Made by a program: the position numbers and the translations under genes
In this document: positions 16,630 to 24,201 of the stretch, in pieces
How the letters are laid out: each line of letters starts with the position of its first letter
Position numbering within the stretch: position 1 is the stretch's first letter
Assembly: GCA_964201975.1 (NCBI GenBank)
Contig: CAXNGW010000001.1
Location: 1-60,294, forward strand
Direction: 5' to 3'
Origin: Longimicrobiales bacterium
GTDB taxonomy: Bacteria > Gemmatimonadota > Gemmatimonadetes > Longimicrobiales > Gaopeijiaceae
Length of the DNA: 60,294 bases
Notes under the pieces: generated by a model
Databases searched by the model: none
Told to the model about the DNA's origin: nothing
Seen by the model: only the letters and a program-made list of their open reading frames with translations

Positions 16630-18677
16630 GCCGCGCAATGGAGTCCTTCGAGGAGCTGGGCCTCGGACCGGAGCTGGTGGAGGCGCTGGCGGCCGAGGGG
16701 TTGGAGGAGCCCACCCCGTTCCAATCGGCCGCGATCCCGGTGATCCGGCGCGGCAACAACCTGCTCGGCCGCGCCGGTCCCGGAGCGGGCACCCTGGTCG
16801 CGTGGGGAGCCGCCCTGCTCGACCGGCTCGAAGCGGGCGCGGGAACGCCGCGCGCGCTCGTGCTCACTCCGAGCGCAGAGTCGGCCCGGCAGCTGGCCGA
16901 GTCGCTCGCGAGCCTGGCCGCCGCGAGCGGCCATACGCTCGCCTCCGTGGGCGCGCCGTGGGTCCTCCCCGAGCGCGCCGATCTGCTGTTCGGCACCCCC
17001 TCCGACCTGCTCGAATGGGCGCGCGCGAGCCGCTTCGACGTGAACGCCGTCGAGGCGCTGGTGGTGGACCAGGCGTCCGCGCTCCAGCGCGTGGGCGGCC
17101 TTGGCGAGGTCGAGGCGCTCCTCGAGTTCATCCCCAAGGAAGCGCAGCGGGTGGTGCTCGCGCTGCCGGTGACGCCCGAGATCGAGAATTTCGTGGAGCG
17201 CCACGTGCGCCGCGCGGTGCAGGTCCCGCCGGCCGTCGTCGAAGCCGAGGCGAGCACCAAGCGGGGCGAGGTGCGGTACCGGATCGTGGAGGAGCCGCGA
17301 GAGGCGGGGGTGCTCCAGCTGGTCGCCGAACTGCTCGAGGATACGCGCCACTGCTGCCTGTTCTTCGCGACCGAGGACCGCGCCGCCGACGTCGGCGACT
17401 ACCTCACGATGCACGGCTACGCGGCGGGCGCACCCGGCGACGAGGCCGCGCCGGTGTGGCTCGCGGTGCTCGAACTGGCGGCGCGGCCATCGCTCGACAT
17501 GCCCCAGGTCGTGGCGGTGAGCTACGATGCGCCCGCCGGCCCCGATGGGCTCGACCGCAGACACGGCGGCGGCCACGGCGGCGTGATCGTCGTTCTCCCG
17601 CGCGAGATGCCCCACCTGCGAGACGTGGCGCGGCGCACCGGCTACCGCGTGGTTCCATTCCCGCCGGCGCCCGTCGCCGCGGGCCGCAGCGAGCTGGACG
17701 CGCTCATCGCGCGCCTGGACGCGGCCGCGGGAGACGCGGACCTGGGTCCCTACCTGGTCGCGCTCGAGCCCCTGTTCGCGCGCAAGGGCGCGGCGGAGGT
17801 GGCCGCGGCCGCGGTCGCGCTGCTGCGCCAGCGGCCCGCCGCGCAGGCGGCGCCGAGCGCGCACACCGCGCCGGCAGCGCCCTCGAGCACGGCGGCTGCG
17901 TCCCGCACGGGGCAGGCCCCGCCGCCCGCGTTCGTACGGCTCTACATCAGCCTGGGCGAGCGCGACGATGCTGGGCCGGGAGACATCGTCGGTGCCATCA
18001 CCGGAGAAGCCGGCGTGGCCGGCGCGCAGGTCGGCAAGATCGAGGTGCGTGACACGTTCTCGATCGTGGAGGTTCAGGACTCTGTCGCCGAGCGCGTCAT
18101 CAAGGCGCTCAACGGCATTACCATCCGCGGACGCAGCGTGCGCGCCGACTACGATCGCGCGCGGGCCGGCGGGCGCGAGGGGCGCGCGCGCGAAGCGCCG
18201 CGAAGCGGCGAGTCACGCGCGCGCCCGGCGCCGCGCGGGAAAGAGCGTGGGCCGCGGGACAACGAACGCGGGCCGGAGGATCGGGGCGCGAAGGAGCGGG
18301 GGGCGAAGGATCGGGCTCCTCGGGACCGGAGCGAAAAGGATCGGGCACCTCGAGATCGCGCACCCCGGGATCGCGCCCCCGAAGGGGGCTCCGATCGCGG
18401 GCCGCGCGGCCCCAAGCCCGGTGGCCCCAGGGGCCCCAAGCCAGGAGGCCCGCGAAGCGGCCCGAAGCCCGGTGGTCCGAGAGGCGTCGGGTCGAAGCCG
18501 GGCGGTCCCCGGCCGGGCGGTCCCCGGCCCGGCGGCCCCAAGCCGGGCGGCCCCAAGCCCGGTGGCCCCAAGCCCGGTGGTCCGCGAGGCGGGGGCAAGG
18601 GCGGTCCGTCCAAGAGCGGAGGGGGGAGCCGCGGCCCCCGTCCCGGCGGGCGCCCTCCCGGGCGAGGGCGGAGCTAG
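16626..18677 (+). CDS. DEAD-box-helicase-like protein with degenerate catalytic motifs, DbpA-type RNA-binding domain and Gly/Pro/Arg/Lys-rich repeat tail
   Basis: The Q motif is retained (PTPFQ). Motif I reads GRAGPGAGT (no Walker lysine), Ia PSAESA, II VVDQAS (not DEAD), and the VI region RRHGGGHGG. The DbpA-like domain is FVRLYISLGERDDAGPGDIVGAITGEAGV..VGKIEV.DTFSIVEV. The tail contains DRAPR and P[KR]PGG repeats. Confidence 0.8.
   Translation: MSRAMESFEELGLGPELVEALAAEGLEEPTPFQSAAIPVIRRGNNLLGRAGPGAGTLVAWGAALLDRLEAGAGTPRALVLTPSAESARQLAESLASLAAASGHTLASVGAPWVLPERADLLFGTPSDLLEWARASRFDVNAVEALVVDQASALQRVGGLGEVEALLEFIPKEAQRVVLALPVTPEIENFVERHVRRAVQVPPAVVEAEASTKRGEVRYRIVEEPREAGVLQLVAELLEDTRHCCLFFATEDRAADVGDYLTMHGYAAGAPGDEAAPVWLAVLELAARPSLDMPQVVAVSYDAPAGPDGLDRRHGGGHGGVIVVLPREMPHLRDVARRTGYRVVPFPPAPVAAGRSELDALIARLDAAAGDADLGPYLVALEPLFARKGAAEVAAAAVALLRQRPAAQAAPSAHTAPAAPSSTAAASRTGQAPPPAFVRLYISLGERDDAGPGDIVGAITGEAGVAGAQVGKIEVRDTFSIVEVQDSVAERVIKALNGITIRGRSVRADYDRARAGGREGRAREAPRSGESRARPAPRGKERGPRDNERGPEDRGAKERGAKDRAPRDRSEKDRAPRDRAPRDRAPEGGSDRGPRGPKPGGPRGPKPGGPRSGPKPGGPRGVGSKPGGPRPGGPRPGGPKPGGPKPGGPKPGGPRGGGKGGPSKSGGGSRGPRPGGRPPGRGRS
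18404..18590 (+). repeat. in-frame tandem ~15-nt repeats encoding (P[KR]PGG)n inside CDS 16626..18677
   Basis: Reiterated ggccccaagcccggt-type units. Peptide: GPRGPKPGGPRGPKPGGPRSGPKPGGPRGVGSKPGGPRPGGPRPGGPKPGGPKPGGPKPGGPRG. Confidence 0.85.
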
Positions 18678-18712
18678 AGAGCGGAACCGACCCGGAACGA
18701 ACAAGGGGCCGC

Positions 18713-18752
18713 ACCTCACGGGGTGCGGCCCCTTCGGTTTTTGCGCGCGTCG
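18713..18752 (+). terminator. rho-independent terminator
   Basis: Perfect 13-bp stem aaggggccgcacc / ggtgcggcccctt with a 6-nt loop, followed by cggttttt. Lies 36 nt after the stop at 18677. Confidence 0.7.
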
Positions 18753-18800
18753 TCCGGGGTGCGGGCGGAAGCGTCCGGCCGTCCGGGGTCGCGGGCTGAC

Positions 18801-19085
18801 CTACCGAATGCCTTCCTTGAGACCCTTGCCCGACCGGAAGCTGGGGGACTTGGACGCTGCGATCTTGATGCTCTCGCCGGTGCGCGGATTGCGACCCGTG
18901 CGAGCCTTCCGCTTCTTCGCCTCGAACGTTCCGAAGCCCGTGATCTGAACGCGGTCACCCTTCTTCAGCGCGCGCTGGATGATGCCGCCGTCGGTGCTGA
19001 AGAGCGCGTCAACCGACCGGGAGGCGTCGGCCTTCGTGATCCCGGTGGCGTCCGCAAGGGAGTCCACCAGATCGGACTTGTTCAT
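18801..19085 (-). CDS. hup: HU-family nucleoid-associated DNA-binding protein
   Basis: 94 aa: MNKSDLVDSLA....GFGTFEAKKRKARTGRNPRTGESIKI, the canonical HU/IHF arm. Confidence 0.95.
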   Translation of the reverse strand: MNKSDLVDSLADATGITKADASRSVDALFSTDGGIIQRALKKGDRVQITGFGTFEAKKRKARTGRNPRTGESIKIAASKSPSFRSGKGLKEGIR

Positions 19086-19381
19086 CTGCTCACTCCTGCT
19101 CAGGAAGGTGGGGGAAATCTTGCGGCCTCGGCCGCTCTGTTCATCGAGCATCGCCTCCGGCACCGCGAGCCGGAAAATGCCGACCCCCCAAAACACCGCG
19201 TGGAATCACGCTTTTCAGCACCTCGGGGGGGAAGCGTATCAACGGTAAGAGGCCCTTCCGAACGCGTCAAGAGACAAGAGTGGCCTTGCGCGCACGCCGC
19301 CCGCGCCTTCGCGGCGCCACGCACGCGAACGAGCGAGCGCACCGGAGGCCACGCCGAAAAACGAGAAGTGGGAGAAGCGAG

Positions 19382-19407
19382 AGGGGCCCGCGCGTGCGCG
19401 GGCCCCT
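19382..19407 (-). terminator. GC-rich hairpin downstream of the small membrane protein gene
   Basis: Perfect 11-bp stem aggggcccgcg / cgcgggcccct with a 4-nt loop, 5 nt after the stop. No adjacent U-tract. Confidence 0.4.
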
Positions 19408-19411
19408 TCGG

Positions 19412-19609
19412 TCAGACGGTCTGCTCGCGCCTGCGATTGCGCACGAGCGCGTAGATGAAGGAGGCCACCGCGATGAAGAGCGCGACCTTGACCGTGATCG
19501 CGATGAGCGCGAAGAACAACCCGATCAGGGGCAGCACGAGCGCGGCGAACACCTTGAACAGCACCAGCGCCGCGACTCCCCCGACGAACAATCCCGCGAA
19601 CGTGCGCAT
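19412..19609 (-). CDS. small membrane protein (65 aa, two TM helices)
   Basis: ATG 19609 preceded by AGGAGGAAGG. Sequence: MRTFAGLFVGGVAALVLFKVFAALVLPLIGLFFALIAITVKVALFIAVASFIYALV. Confidence 0.6.
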   Translation of the reverse strand: MRTFAGLFVGGVAALVLFKVFAALVLPLIGLFFALIAITVKVALFIAVASFIYALVRNRRREQTV

Positions 19610-19938
19610 CCTTCCTCCTGGTTGAGCGCCGCCGACCTCATCGTCCCGTACGGACATGGTCGAGGGCGGGTTTCGCATCCCCCATCCGGTACGGACCCGT
19701 GCGCCCATTCCTTCGCGCCCTTCACGAGGTCTGGCATCCCCCCTGTAGGGGCCCCTGGGCGTGACGGAGCCTCTTCGGCTCCCGAGGCCCTCCGGGGCCC
19801 TCCATCGAGGCCACGACCGACCGCGACCGACCACGCCTGACCGACTCCGCGCGATGCACGCCGAAGAGATCCGCACCGCGGCGCGCCTCTGGGCGTGGGG
19901 CGTCGCCGCGTCGATCCACGCCTCACGCGGAGGGATTC

Positions 19939-20259
19939 ATGAATGCGCTCGTGAAGCAGGCCGGGGTGGTGGCGATCCTCGCACTGGTCGTGTCGGTGCC
20001 GGCGCTCGCCGGGATGACGAACTGTCTCGCGTACATCTCCAGCCAAGGGGACGACACTCCGCTGACGGGCTACCTGGAAGGGGAGAGAACCCACACCAGC
20101 ACCTCGACCCGCAGCTACACCAGCAGTTGGAGCTACAAGTTCTTCGGCGGGACGTTCTCGTTCACCAACACCGACAGCGAGACGTACTCCGTCGGCGTCT
20201 ACCGGATGAGCGACGGCAGCGTCCAGCAGTTGCGCTGCGACACCTACCAGTACGTCTGA
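19939..20259 (+). CDS. small secreted Ser/Thr/Tyr-rich protein with two Cys
   Basis: Signal peptide (VVAILALVVSVPALAG). High GC3. No family recognised. Confidence 0.65.
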   Translation: MNALVKQAGVVAILALVVSVPALAGMTNCLAYISSQGDDTPLTGYLEGERTHTSTSTRSYTSSWSYKFFGGTFSFTNTDSETYSVGVYRMSDGSVQQLRCDTYQYV

Positions 20260-20314
20260 GCCGAACCGCGGGGGCCGGTACGGTGCCGGCCCCCGCTTCC
20301 TCCAGGGGGGAATC

Positions 20315-21340
20315 ATGAGAGCGCAATTCACGCTGAGCGCCGCCGTTCTGGTCGCCGCCTGCCTCGCGGACGCGGGACCGCAGGTCGAACCAATGACGCT
20401 CGCCCCGGCCACAGGACCGGTGACGCTGATCCGCGAGGCGACGGGCTCGGATGCGGGCGGTGCCGACCTCTTCCTGCCGGCGTCGCCGCGCGTGGCGGGC
20501 GGGCGGGTGTGGGTGCTCGATGGGGGCAACGATCGCCTGGTCGGCTTCGACGCGACGCTGTCGCACGCCCTCGTCGTGGGCCGCGAGGGTGAAGGACCCG
20601 GCGAGATCCAGTTCGCGGGGGAGTACGTCGTGGACCAGGGGCGCCTGATCGTCGCCGAGATGGGCAATAGTCGGCTCTCCGTGTTCGACACCTCGGGAGC
20701 GTTCCGCTCGGTCATCCCGCTGGCCCGCCCTCCCCGCTTCCTCGCGGTCGTGGATACGACGCTGGTCGTCACGACCGGCGTCGTGGGACCGGAGTATGTC
20801 TACCGTGTGGGCGAGCGGGGCCAGGTCGTGCCGTACGCGACCGTGCCAGGGTCGATCCGGCGTCTGGCCGCGTCGCAGCCCGCGCTCTACCTCCCCGCGA
20901 GCCCGTACATCGCCTCCGGGGCCGGTGGCGAGCTGTACGTGCTCGATCCGTCTGTGCTCGCGCTCACCGAATTCGGCCAGGGCGGCGAAGTGGTGGGCGT
21001 GCACTTGCTGCCCGAGCCGATCCGGGCGCAGCTGCTCGAGCGCAGGCTGGAGCAGAGGAAAGCATGGGGCGCCAAGGCCGCGGCATTCGTAGATACGCCC
21101 GCGAGCAAGCGCATCTCGGTGGATCCCGAGGGACGGATTCTCTTGCTCTTCTCCCTCCCCGACAGCTGGGGGCTGCTGATCGACCCCCGCGACTGGAGCG
21201 CGCGGCCCCTCCCGCTCCCCGAGAACCGCCGCCTGCACGACCTGCTCTGGGCCGCGAGCGACGCGACGCTGCACGGAGACCGGCTCTACGTCGTCACCGG
21301 CAGCCAGTTGTACGAGTTCGCGGTCGAGGGCTGGCGATGA
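20315..21340 (+). CDS. lipoprotein, beta-propeller (NHL/6-bladed-like) suspected
   Basis: Lipobox (AAVLVAAC). Repeated strand patterns (RVWVLDGGNDRLVGFD, RLIVAEMGNSRLSVFD, ELYVLDPSVLALTEF, RLYVVTGSQLYEF). Confidence 0.65.
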   Translation: MRAQFTLSAAVLVAACLADAGPQVEPMTLAPATGPVTLIREATGSDAGGADLFLPASPRVAGGRVWVLDGGNDRLVGFDATLSHALVVGREGEGPGEIQFAGEYVVDQGRLIVAEMGNSRLSVFDTSGAFRSVIPLARPPRFLAVVDTTLVVTTGVVGPEYVYRVGERGQVVPYATVPGSIRRLAASQPALYLPASPYIASGAGGELYVLDPSVLALTEFGQGGEVVGVHLLPEPIRAQLLERRLEQRKAWGAKAAAFVDTPASKRISVDPEGRILLLFSLPDSWGLLIDPRDWSARPLPLPENRRLHDLLWAASDATLHGDRLYVVTGSQLYEFAVEGWR

Positions 21341-21969
21341 CCGCGCGGATCGCCGTGCTCTTGGGCGCGGTGGGGATCGCGGGCGCGCTCGCGGGACTCG
21401 TCGCGCGGCTGTTTGCGGATCCACCGGCACCGGCCGGGGCACCGCCCGCCGGCCCCCCGCCAACGCTGGCGATGGGACCCGTCCACGCGGGGCACCTCGT
21501 GGTGGTCTTCTCCGACTACGAATGCTCCGCCTGCGCCCTCCTCGAGCGGGAGAGCGGCCCCGCGGTGCGCGCGATCGCCGCGAGCGGCCGGCTGCGCGTC
21601 GAGGTGCGGCATTTCCCGCTGCGCGGCCATCGCAGGGCGGCCCGCGCCGCCGCGGCCGCGGTGTGCGCCGCGCGCCAGGGGGCTGGCTGGGAGATGCACG
21701 GGGCGCTGCTCGCCAGCGCGCCCAGGTGGCGGTTTGGGCCGCCCTCCCTGCCCTGGTTCCTCGCGCTCGCGGATTCGCTGGGCCTGGACGCGCAGGCGTT
21801 CGCGGCGTGCGTCGCCGACGACGCGGTGGCGGGACTGCTCGCGGCCGATCTGGCGCTCGGCCGGGCGCTCGGACTGATCGGCGTGCCGGCCGTCTTCATC
21901 GACGGCGCGCCGGTCCCGGTGCGATCGCCGGGAGCGCTCGTGCGCCGGGTCCAGCGAGTGACGCGATGA
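21337..21969 (+). CDS. membrane-anchored DsbA-like thiol:disulfide oxidoreductase
   Basis: ATGA overlap with the upstream gene. N-terminal TM helix. CxxC in VVFSDYECSACALLE. C-terminal GVPAVFIDG. Confidence 0.8.
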   Translation: MTARIAVLLGAVGIAGALAGLVARLFADPPAPAGAPPAGPPPTLAMGPVHAGHLVVVFSDYECSACALLERESGPAVRAIAASGRLRVEVRHFPLRGHRRAARAAAAAVCAARQGAGWEMHGALLASAPRWRFGPPSLPWFLALADSLGLDAQAFAACVADDAVAGLLAADLALGRALGLIGVPAVFIDGAPVPVRSPGALVRRVQRVTR

Positions 21970-21972
21970 GCG

Positions 21973-22929
21973 TCACAGCCCGAACCTCCGCATGCGGTCG
22001 CGCAGCGTGTTGCGCGACATGCCGAGGTCGAGCGCGGCGCGCGTGCGGTTGCCGCGGCGCCGATCCAGCGCGTCGCGAATGCGCTCCCTCTCGGCGTCGT
22101 CCGAGCCGTAGAAGGAGTACCGAGCGTGGTCGGCGGCGGCCGGCGGCTCGTTCGCCTCGGGTCGCCCGGCCAGGACGGTGGCGAGGGATCCCGCGAAGTC
22201 GTCCTGTAAGCCGAGGATGAGCGCGGCCTCGAGGGCGTGGCCGAGCTCGCGCACGTTGCCCGGCCACCCGTGGCCCATAAGCAAGCGAGTCGCCGCCTCG
22301 TCGAGCCGGGGACAGGCGAGCCGGTGGCGGGCCGCGGCGGCGGCGAGCAGGTGCGCGGCCAGAAGAGGAACGTCGCCCGCGCGCTCGCGGAGGGGAGGCA
22401 GGCGGAGCTCCAGCAGCGCGAGGCGGTGATACAGGTCGCGCCGAAACGCCCCCGCCGCGATCGTCCCCAGCTCGCAGGCGGTTGCGGACACGAGCCGCAC
22501 GTCCACCCGCACCGTCGCGCGCGCCCCGACCGGACGCACCTCACCCTCCTCGAGAACGGTGAGCAGCTTCGCCTGCTGGGGGAGCGGGAGGTCGCCCACC
22601 TCGTCGAGGAGCAGCGTGCCCCCGTGCGCGCTCTCAAGTAGTCCTGCGCGGTCCTCGCTCGCGCCGGTGAAGGCGCCGCGGCGGTGACCGAAGAGCTCGC
22701 TCTCGAAGAGCGCTTCGGGAACCGCGGCGCAGTTCACCGCGACGTACGGCCCCCGCGAGCGGACGCCGGCCGCGTGGATGGCGCGCGCGAGCAGGCTCTT
22801 GCCCGTCCCTGTCTCGCCCAGCAGCAACACCGGCGCGTCCACCGCTCCCGCGCGCGCCACGAAGCGGCGCACGACTGCCATGGCAGCGCTGTCACCGACG
22901 AGGATGGGGTTGGGCTTCGCGGACCGCAT
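21973..22929 (-). CDS. sigma-54-dependent transcriptional activator lacking an N-terminal sensory domain (PspF-like architecture)
   Basis: The AAA+ domain begins ~8 aa from the start. Walker A GETGTGKS, GAFTGA loop, Walker B LLLDEVGDL, C-terminal Fis-type HTH (RTRAALDLGMSRNTLRDRMRRFGL). Confidence 0.9.
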   Translation of the reverse strand: MRSAKPNPILVGDSAAMAVVRRFVARAGAVDAPVLLLGETGTGKSLLARAIHAAGVRSRGPYVAVNCAAVPEALFESELFGHRRGAFTGASEDRAGLLESAHGGTLLLDEVGDLPLPQQAKLLTVLEEGEVRPVGARATVRVDVRLVSATACELGTIAAGAFRRDLYHRLALLELRLPPLRERAGDVPLLAAHLLAAAAARHRLACPRLDEAATRLLMGHGWPGNVRELGHALEAALILGLQDDFAGSLATVLAGRPEANEPPAAADHARYSFYGSDDAERERIRDALDRRRGNRTRAALDLGMSRNTLRDRMRRFGL

Positions 22930-23038
22930 GCGACAACGTCGCCCGGGTCACCGGGCAGTCGAATGCTCGAACGCGCATGTCATAGAGGGGACTCGGCGCC
23001 CGGGCCACTCAGGCGGCGCCGGAGCCGGCCTGCGGGGA

Positions 23039-23254
23039 CTACTTGTAGCGGTAGGTGACGCGGCCGCGGGTCAGGTCGTACGGGGAGAGCTCCACTTTCA
23101 CGCGGTCGCCCTCCAGCACGCGGATGTAGTTCTGACGCATCTTGCCGGACAGGTAGGCGAGGATCTCATGTCCGTTCTCAAGCGCGACCCGGAAGGTCGC
23201 GTTGGGCAGCACTTCACTCACCGTGCCTTCGATCTCGATCGCTTCCTTCGCCAC
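23039..23254 (-). CDS. infA: translation initiation factor IF-1
   Basis: 71 aa from GTG 23254: [70 protein letters not shown]. Confidence 0.95.
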   Translation of the reverse strand: MAKEAIEIEGTVSEVLPNATFRVALENGHEILAYLSGKMRQNYIRVLEGDRVKVELSPYDLTRGRVTYRYK

Positions 23255-23351
23255 GTTGCTCCGCTGTGAGGGGACGCCGCCGCGCGGGGGCGGGCCGACC
23301 CCAACCTTACACTCGGTCGCATGGGGTGGCAACGGACGGTATCCTGGAGCC

Positions 23352-23570
23352 ATGCCCAGTCCGTTCACCCCGGTGGAGCGGCGCGCGCTCGAGCACGAGC
23401 TCGCGCGGGGGGGGAGCGCGTGTCCGCGCTGCGGGTCGGAGCTGGAAACGCGCGAGGTCCCGCCCAGCGGGCAAGTGTCGTACGTGCGGAGCCGCGTGTG
23501 GCTGCTGTGCGGAGGGTGCGGAGGCACCGCCGTCGTGGACCGCCGCCGCATCGAGCGGGCCTGCGAATAA
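23352..23570 (+). CDS. small zinc-ribbon-like protein (72 aa)
   Basis: Two CxxC pairs (CPRCGS, CGGCGG). ATG 23352. Confidence 0.5.
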   Translation: MPSPFTPVERRALEHELARGGSACPRCGSELETREVPPSGQVSYVRSRVWLLCGGCGGTAVVDRRRIERACE

Positions 23571-23637
23571 GCCCCTGCCGTCCCCGCCGAATCCGGGTTA
23601 GGGTTGATTCCCTCGAACCCCGAGTCCTGGAGACGCG

Positions 23638-24117
23638 ATGCCCAACCGCACGGCCACTTTCCGCACCACCCTCGGAACCTTCAAGGTCGAGCTGCTCGAC
23701 GACAAAGCCCCCGCCACGGCCGGCAACTTTGCCACGCTCGCCGAGAAGGGCTTCTACAATGGAGTCATCTTCCACCGGGTCATCGAGGGCTTCATGCTGC
23801 AGGGGGGCGACCCGACGGGCACTGGCCGCGGCGGCCCCGGCTACCAGATCCCGGATGAGTTCGGGAAGGGGCTCCAGCACGACGTCGAGGGCATGCTGTC
23901 GATGGCCAACTCGGGCCCCAACACGGGTGGCTCGCAGTTCTTCGTCACCCTCGCCCCGACCCCCTGGCTCGACCGTAAGCACGCCATCTTCGGCAAGGTC
24001 GTCGAGGGGCTGGACGTGGTTCGCAAGATCGGGAAGGTGAAGACCAAGCAGGGTGACCGGCCGCTCGAGGACGTCGTAATGGAGGAGGTCAAGGTGGAGG
24101 GCGCCAAGACGGCCTAG
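23638..24117 (+). CDS. cyclophilin-type peptidyl-prolyl cis-trans isomerase
   Basis: Motifs [41 protein letters not shown]. Confidence 0.95.
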   Translation: MPNRTATFRTTLGTFKVELLDDKAPATAGNFATLAEKGFYNGVIFHRVIEGFMLQGGDPTGTGRGGPGYQIPDEFGKGLQHDVEGMLSMANSGPNTGGSQFFVTLAPTPWLDRKHAIFGKVVEGLDVVRKIGKVKTKQGDRPLEDVVMEEVKVEGAKTA

Positions 24118-24201
24118 CCGTCCCCCGGGGGGGTCACCACGGGCGGCTCGGTCCCGGGAGGGGCGTGGCAGCGCTCTTGCACGCCCTGCAGGGGAAAAAC
24201 C

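Noticed and set aside
18404-18590. Short tandem repeats as a possible CRISPR or non-coding satellite
   Set aside because: The units are contiguous with no spacers. They are only ~15 nt long, in frame, and translate to a coherent P[KR]PGG peptide repeat inside a CDS.
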